From Candidatus Calescibacterium sp. (GTDB taxonomy: Bacteria; Calescibacteriota; Calescibacteriia; Calescibacteriales; Calescibacteriaceae), in assembly GCA_032249135.1 (NCBI GenBank), contig JAVVGL010000001.1, positions 1 to 64,000 on the forward strand: a DNA stretch of 64,000 nt. The letters are read 5' to 3'. The translations under genes were made by a program, and so were the position numbers. Positions 59,549 through 64,000 of this stretch are shown one piece after another (within the stretch, counting starts at the first letter, position 1; each line of letters begins with the position of its first letter). The notes under the pieces were generated by a model. The model was not told the DNA's origin, made no database searches, and saw only the letters and a list, made by a program, of their open reading frames with translations.

Positions 59549-60868
59549 TCAATAAACCGTTCTGCCCCTTATGAGAGGTTCTCTTCCGAAAAGTCCTTCA
59601 TAGCTTGAAGTGTAAAGTATTGCTTCAATTTGTCTTATTGTGTCCATAGCTACTCCGATGACTATAAGGAGAGCGGTTCCTCCAAATCTGAAAGGTAAAT
59701 TTAATCCACCTATAAAGAAAGTTGGAAGTACACAAATAAGTCCGACATATATGCCTCCTACAAATGTAAGACGTGTTATAATTCTATCAAGGTATTCAGC
59801 TGTTTGATTTCCCGGTCTCACCCCTGGGATGAAAGCTCCTGCCTTCTGCAAATTCTCAGCAATATCGTAAGGATTAAAAATTATGCCAGTGTAAAAGAAC
59901 GCAAAAAATATAATAAGAACAAAGTAGATAATGTTGTAAGCGGGAGAAAGAGGATGAAGGAAGTTAGCAATTTTGATAGCAATTTCATTCCGAGAAAAAG
60001 TAGCAATAGTTAAAGGGAACATAAGCAAAGATGATGCAAATATTGGTGGAATAACTCCTGAAATATTCACTTTTATCGGCAGATATGAAGAAACTCCTCC
60101 TGCGATTTTTCTTCCTAAAATTCTTGTAGCATACTGAATTGGAACTTTTCTATATGAGCCTTCTATATAGACTATAAGGGCAACTACAACCACCATAATA
60201 ATTCCTCCCATAATCAGGTTCATGGGATCAAGCTCTCCAAGACGCATCAAAGTTATGACATTCCCTAAATTCCCAGGAAGTCGGGCGACAATTCCCGTAA
60301 ATATTATGAGTGAGACACCGTTGCCAATTCCTTTACGAGTTATCTGCTCACCTATCCAAAGCAAGGACATAGTTCCAATAGACAAAATTATCCCGCTTGA
60401 TATTCTAAAAAATAGACCTCCCGTGAGAGCGATTGATCCAGCGCCGGTAAGCGTAGTTTCCAAAGATAGCGCCCAGAACATTCCCTGGAAAAAACTCAAA
60501 ACAACTGTGAGGTATCGTGTATATTGATTTATTTTCTGTCTTCCTAACTCGCCTTGCTTTTTGAGTTCTTGCAACTTCGGAAAAACTGTACTCATTATCT
60601 CCATTATAATTGATGATGTAATATATGGCATAACACCAAGAGCAAAAATAGAAGCGTTCTCCATAGCCCCACCTGAGAATAAGTTGAAAAGACCGAGCAA
60701 AGTTCCTTCTGCTCTTGCAAAGAATTCTTTTAGAGCTGCAACATCAACTCCCGGCAAAGGTATAAATATTCCAAGCCTATAAATTGTAAGCATAGCCAAT
60801 GTGAAAAGAAGACGATTTTTGAGCTCAGGAACTTTTGGCAAAGATACTATACCAGCTGGTCTCTGCAT
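59549..60868 (-). CDS. secY: Preprotein translocase SecY
   Basis: SIFALGVMPYITSSII, GIGNGVSLII, VIPPIFASS, IPGVRPG, GGTALLI. Confidence 0.98.
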   Translation of the reverse strand: MQRPAGIVSLPKVPELKNRLLFTLAMLTIYRLGIFIPLPGVDVAALKEFFARAEGTLLGLFNLFSGGAMENASIFALGVMPYITSSIIMEIMSTVFPKLQELKKQGELGRQKINQYTRYLTVVLSFFQGMFWALSLETTLTGAGSIALTGGLFFRISSGIILSIGTMSLLWIGEQITRKGIGNGVSLIIFTGIVARLPGNLGNVITLMRLGELDPMNLIMGGIIMVVVVALIVYIEGSYRKVPIQYATRILGRKIAGGVSSYLPIKVNISGVIPPIFASSLLMFPLTIATFSRNEIAIKIANFLHPLSPAYNIIYFVLIIFFAFFYTGIIFNPYDIAENLQKAGAFIPGVRPGNQTAEYLDRIITRLTFVGGIYVGLICVLPTFFIGGLNLPFRFGGTALLIVIGVAMDTIRQIEAILYTSSYEGLFGREPLIRGRTVY

Positions 60869-61008
60869 AGATGAAAAAGTAATGTCCTAAATTCTCTTTT
60901 GTATTTAGCCAAAAAAATCAGAAATTCCAGAGAAAAGAAAAAGTTGGATTAAAATAATAAAATAAAAAAAAGATATATTTTCTTTCTTTTCTTTTTTCAG
61001 AGAAAGGA

Positions 61009-61084
61009 GCCAAGGTAGCTCAGGTGGTAGAGCGGGTGCCTTGTAAGCACCAGGTCGTGGGTTCGAATCCCACCCTTGGCTCCA
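61009..61084 (+). tRNA. tRNA-Thr(TGT) with encoded CCA
   Basis: Acceptor GCCAAGG/CCTTGGC, anticodon arm GGTGC-CTTGTAA-GCACC, T-loop GTTCGAATC. Confidence 0.97.
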
Positions 61085-61101
61085 ACTTAGCTCAAAATCA
61101 G

Positions 61102-61512
61102 ATGGTCACATTCTCAAAAACCTTTGAAGTGAAATCATCAAAGAGAATACAAAGCGTAGATATAACTTCTGAAATACAAAAGATAATTTCAGAAAGCGGC
61201 ATAAAAGATGGAATAATAACCATTTTCATTCCTCACACAACTTGCGGAGTATTCATAAACGAAAATTGGGACCCAACGGTCCAAGAGGACATACATTCTT
61301 TCCTATCAAAAAATATACCTCAAAACGGAAATTACGCTCATACAGAAGGAAATGCAGATGCTCACATAAAAACAGCTATAATAGGAAACTCCGTATCAAT
61401 ACCGATAAATGATGGAAAAATTCCTTGGGGAACATGGCAAGGCATTTTTCTTGCAGAATTTGACGGTCCAAGAAAAAGAAAAGTAATAGTGAAAATAATA
61501 GGGGTAAAATAA
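61102..61512 (+). CDS. yjbQ: YjbQ/UPF0047 family protein
   Basis: PHTT.G..INE..DP, EGNADAHIK, GTWQGI...EFDGPR; ATG 17 nt after the tRNA CCA. Confidence 0.92.
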   Translation: MVTFSKTFEVKSSKRIQSVDITSEIQKIISESGIKDGIITIFIPHTTCGVFINENWDPTVQEDIHSFLSKNIPQNGNYAHTEGNADAHIKTAIIGNSVSIPINDGKIPWGTWQGIFLAEFDGPRKRKVIVKIIGVK

Positions 61513-61533
61513 ACTGTTATTTTCTAAAAAATG

Positions 61534-62232
61534 CTATTTCTGAGGCTTTTCAATTGCATGAATTATATCTTTTATTTTCTCTTCAAGAATTCTTATATCC
61601 GCCTCCGACCAACCCGATTTAGAATAAAAAGACATAATATCTTTTATAGCTTCAAATCTCCGGGAAGACAGAAGTTTCCCTAATCTTTCTCTGATGTCAG
61701 GCGGAGAAGCACAAAGAGATAAAGCTATTTCCTTCTCACTAAGATACCCCATAATCTTTGGTAGCTTATCGTCTGGAATCTCTTTGAAAATCCGCAAAGC
61801 AGGTAAATTCTCATTAGAAGTCCTTGAAATAGCTGGATCCACAGTAGCAGCAGTATTAGGATTTTCTGACACATCAGACTTTTCAGTCCGTGCTCCTAAT
61901 TCAGTTGCTTTAGCAAGCCTCTCAGCAAGATTTTTTATTATAGCTTTTGCAGTTTTTGGGAACTTTGATATTATCTCATCTATTCCTCCCTTATACACCA
62001 CAACCTCTGAATCTTCCAGAGCAACGCATGTAGCAGTACGAGGTATACCTAAAATTGCGCTTATTTCACCAATAGGAGAATTTGGCTGATTTATAACGCT
62101 CACAAGATTTTTCCCCTTATAAACTCCAACCTTACCGGATACTAAAAAAAATATGGATTTATCATTTTCTCCTTCCTTTATGATAATTTCACCTTTCTGA
62201 TAAATCAGAGTACCCCTACTTGTCTTTTTCAT
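61534..62232 (-). CDS. Cyclic-nucleotide-binding domain fused to a FliG C-terminal-like domain
   Basis: GEIIIKEGE, GKVGV, GEISAILGIPRTAT phosphate-binding cassette. The C-terminus resembles FliG_C and has no Crp-type HTH. Confidence 0.7.
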   Translation of the reverse strand: MKKTSRGTLIYQKGEIIIKEGENDKSIFFLVSGKVGVYKGKNLVSVINQPNSPIGEISAILGIPRTATCVALEDSEVVVYKGGIDEIISKFPKTAKAIIKNLAERLAKATELGARTEKSDVSENPNTAATVDPAISRTSNENLPALRIFKEIPDDKLPKIMGYLSEKEIALSLCASPPDIRERLGKLLSSRRFEAIKDIMSFYSKSGWSEADIRILEEKIKDIIHAIEKPQK

Positions 62233-62265
62233 AAGTTAAAAATTAATCAATTTTTATAATTTTTG

Positions 62266-62844
62266 TTATGATGATTTACCTTCAGGTTCCCAAAGCAGCT
62301 CTTTGAAGCTTTTACCTCTCAACTTTGCTTGTAAAGATAAAGTTCTAAGCTTTGAGAAGGCATCAAAAGTAGCTTTTGTTAAGTTTATTGGATTATTTCC
62401 TCCGATTGATTTTGATAGAGCATTTTTAACTCCTGCAACATACAAGATGGCTTTGACGACTCCTCCTGCCGTCAGACCTGTTCCGGGAGCTGCTGGTCTG
62501 AGTATAACGCGTGAGGTTCCAAATCTTCCTTCTACCTCATGAGGTATAGTTCCGTTCACCAAAGGAATAACCACCATATTTTTCTTTGCTGCATTTATAG
62601 CTTTTCTTACTGCTTCTGGCGCTTCCGGTGCTTTACCCATACCGTATCCAACAGCTCCTTTCATATTTCCAACAACACAAAATGCCATAAAAGAGAATCT
62701 TTTCCCTCCTTTTGTTACACGAGTGACACGAGATGTCATAAGGACCCTTTCTACTATTTCATCATCTTCTTTTGGGATGTATCTTTCAAGGTATTTGTAG
62801 GCATTTCCTGCATACATTCTTCCTGCTTTTCCCCATTTTCCCAT
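62266..62844 (-). CDS. rpsE: 30S ribosomal protein S5
   Basis: RVTRVTKGGKRFSF, TIPHEV, PAAPGTG. Confidence 0.97.
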   Translation of the reverse strand: MGKWGKAGRMYAGNAYKYLERYIPKEDDEIVERVLMTSRVTRVTKGGKRFSFMAFCVVGNMKGAVGYGMGKAPEAPEAVRKAINAAKKNMVVIPLVNGTIPHEVEGRFGTSRVILRPAAPGTGLTAGGVVKAILYVAGVKNALSKSIGGNNPINLTKATFDAFSKLRTLSLQAKLRGKSFKELLWEPEGKSS

Positions 62845-62881
62845 AAACTTAACCCTCCTTTAAAAATAAATTTTTAAAATT

Positions 62882-63259
62882 TCAGAATTCAAGCCCCCCT
62901 TCTCTTGCTGATTCTGCAAAGGCTTTTACTTTACCGTGATATTTATAAAACCTTCTATCTAATACAACTTTTTTTATACCTTTTTCTAATGCTCTTTGAG
63001 CTATAAGTTTTCCAACCTCACGAGCAGCATCTTGCGACCATGTTTTTTTTATCTTATCTTTGAGTTCAAGGGTTGAAGCTGCACAAAGTGTATGACCTTT
63101 TGTATCATCTATTATTTGAGCGTAAAAGTGTTTTTTGGACCTAAAAACACAAAGGCGGGGTCTTTCGGGAGTGCCAAATATTTTTTTCCTTACCCTCTTT
63201 ATTCTTCTTAATCTCCTTATATCCCTCTCTTTTTTTTCTGAAACCATACCTACCATCAC
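62882..63259 (-). CDS. rplR: 50S ribosomal protein L18
   Basis: [27 protein letters not shown]; start may be ATG 63256 or 63247. Confidence 0.97.
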   Translation of the reverse strand: MMVGMVSEKKERDIRRLRRIKRVRKKIFGTPERPRLCVFRSKKHFYAQIIDDTKGHTLCAASTLELKDKIKKTWSQDAAREVGKLIAQRALEKGIKKVVLDRRFYKYHGKVKAFAESAREGGLEF

Positions 63260-63337
63260 CTTATCTTACACTCCTAATTTATTTTTTTTATTAAATTAAA
63301 AAAATTTTTTTATATTATAATATCAAACCTATCTCCC

Positions 63338-63889
63338 TTATTTCTTTTTACCCTTTGCTTTTCCGGGTTTTAAGCGAAGAACTTCATCTTCATACTTTAT
63401 CCCTGCACCTTTATATGGGTCGGGAGGTTTTATATCTCTTATTTGAGCTGCTACCTGACCTACTTTATATTTATCTATACCTTCAACAAAGATTCTTACT
63501 GGGCTTCTCAACCCAACTTTTACATCATCCCACGGAGAAGTATAATAAACCGGATGAGAATATCCTACCCTCAAAACTAATGTATTTCCTTGCATTTCAG
63601 CTCTATAACCTATACCTACTATATCAAGCTCAATCTTGTATCCTTCTGTTACACCTTTTATCATATTTGCAATTAAAGCTCGGGTTGTACCGTGCATTGC
63701 CTTTGCTTTTCTATCATTTGGTCGTGGATTATTTACAAAAATTTTTCCATCCTCAATCTTGACCTCTATTGGTGGAGTAATTTTCATTGAAAGCTCACCT
63801 TTTGGTCCCTTGACCGATATAACTCCATCTTCAACTTTCACATTAACACCAGAAGGGATAACAATAGGCATTCTTCCTATACGTGACAT
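63338..63889 (-). CDS. rplF: 50S ribosomal protein L6
   Basis: MSRIGR, VKGPKG, GYSHPV, PPDPYKG. Confidence 0.98.
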   Translation of the reverse strand: MSRIGRMPIVIPSGVNVKVEDGVISVKGPKGELSMKITPPIEVKIEDGKIFVNNPRPNDRKAKAMHGTTRALIANMIKGVTEGYKIELDIVGIGYRAEMQGNTLVLRVGYSHPVYYTSPWDDVKVGLRSPVRIFVEGIDKYKVGQVAAQIRDIKPPDPYKGAGIKYEDEVLRLKPGKAKGKKK

Positions 63890-64000
63890 AATAAACTTAA
63901 AATAATAAGCAAAAATGACAAATTGAATTTTTCCAGAAATTAAAGTTTTGTTATGAAAGTTTCAGTTATAACTGCTGCGACTTCACATGAGAACCTTGAA

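Noticed and set aside
61024-61101. ORF-track N-terminal extension of yjbQ (MVERVPCKHQVVGSNP...)
   Set aside because: It is simply the tRNA-Thr sequence read as codons; the real start is ATG 61102
61009-62265. tRNA-Thr as attachment site of an integrated element
   Set aside because: No integrase and no duplicated tRNA 3' end found

Overview
AT-rich (roughly one-third GC, estimated by eye), densely coding bacterial chromosome segment with Lys/Glu/Ile-rich proteins suggestive of a thermophile (inference). The cell is probably diderm (lpxA, mlaE, tolR/exbD, several lipoproteins). Most genes are housekeeping (leuS, purL, purF, gltB, mnmG, uvrA, fumC, gap, murB, secY, rpsE/rplR/rplF, tRNA-Thr), but they have lost their usual operon partners. 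I saw no CRISPR array, integrase, intact transposase or rRNA. The most notable items are: (1) a cNMP-binding/FliG-C-like fusion gene, which with yjbQ and tRNA-Thr lies where rpmD-rplO normally sit in the spc operon; (2) a RimM-like protein made of two N-terminal domains and no PRC barrel; (3) an ODP-type di-iron MBL gene, missed by the ORF track, behind an A25 tract; (4) a GC-rich structured element upstream of mnmG; (5) a scrambled Rpn-like relic with two tandem RpnS-like mini-ORFs; (6) a decayed MNT-HepT module between two haem-synthesis radical SAM genes; (7) a nitroreductase frameshifted in a C6 run; (8) active-site deviations in PheA, a DegT aminotransferase, a sulfatase-like protein and a MetE-like protein. 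All family calls come from motif recognition only; no searches were run.
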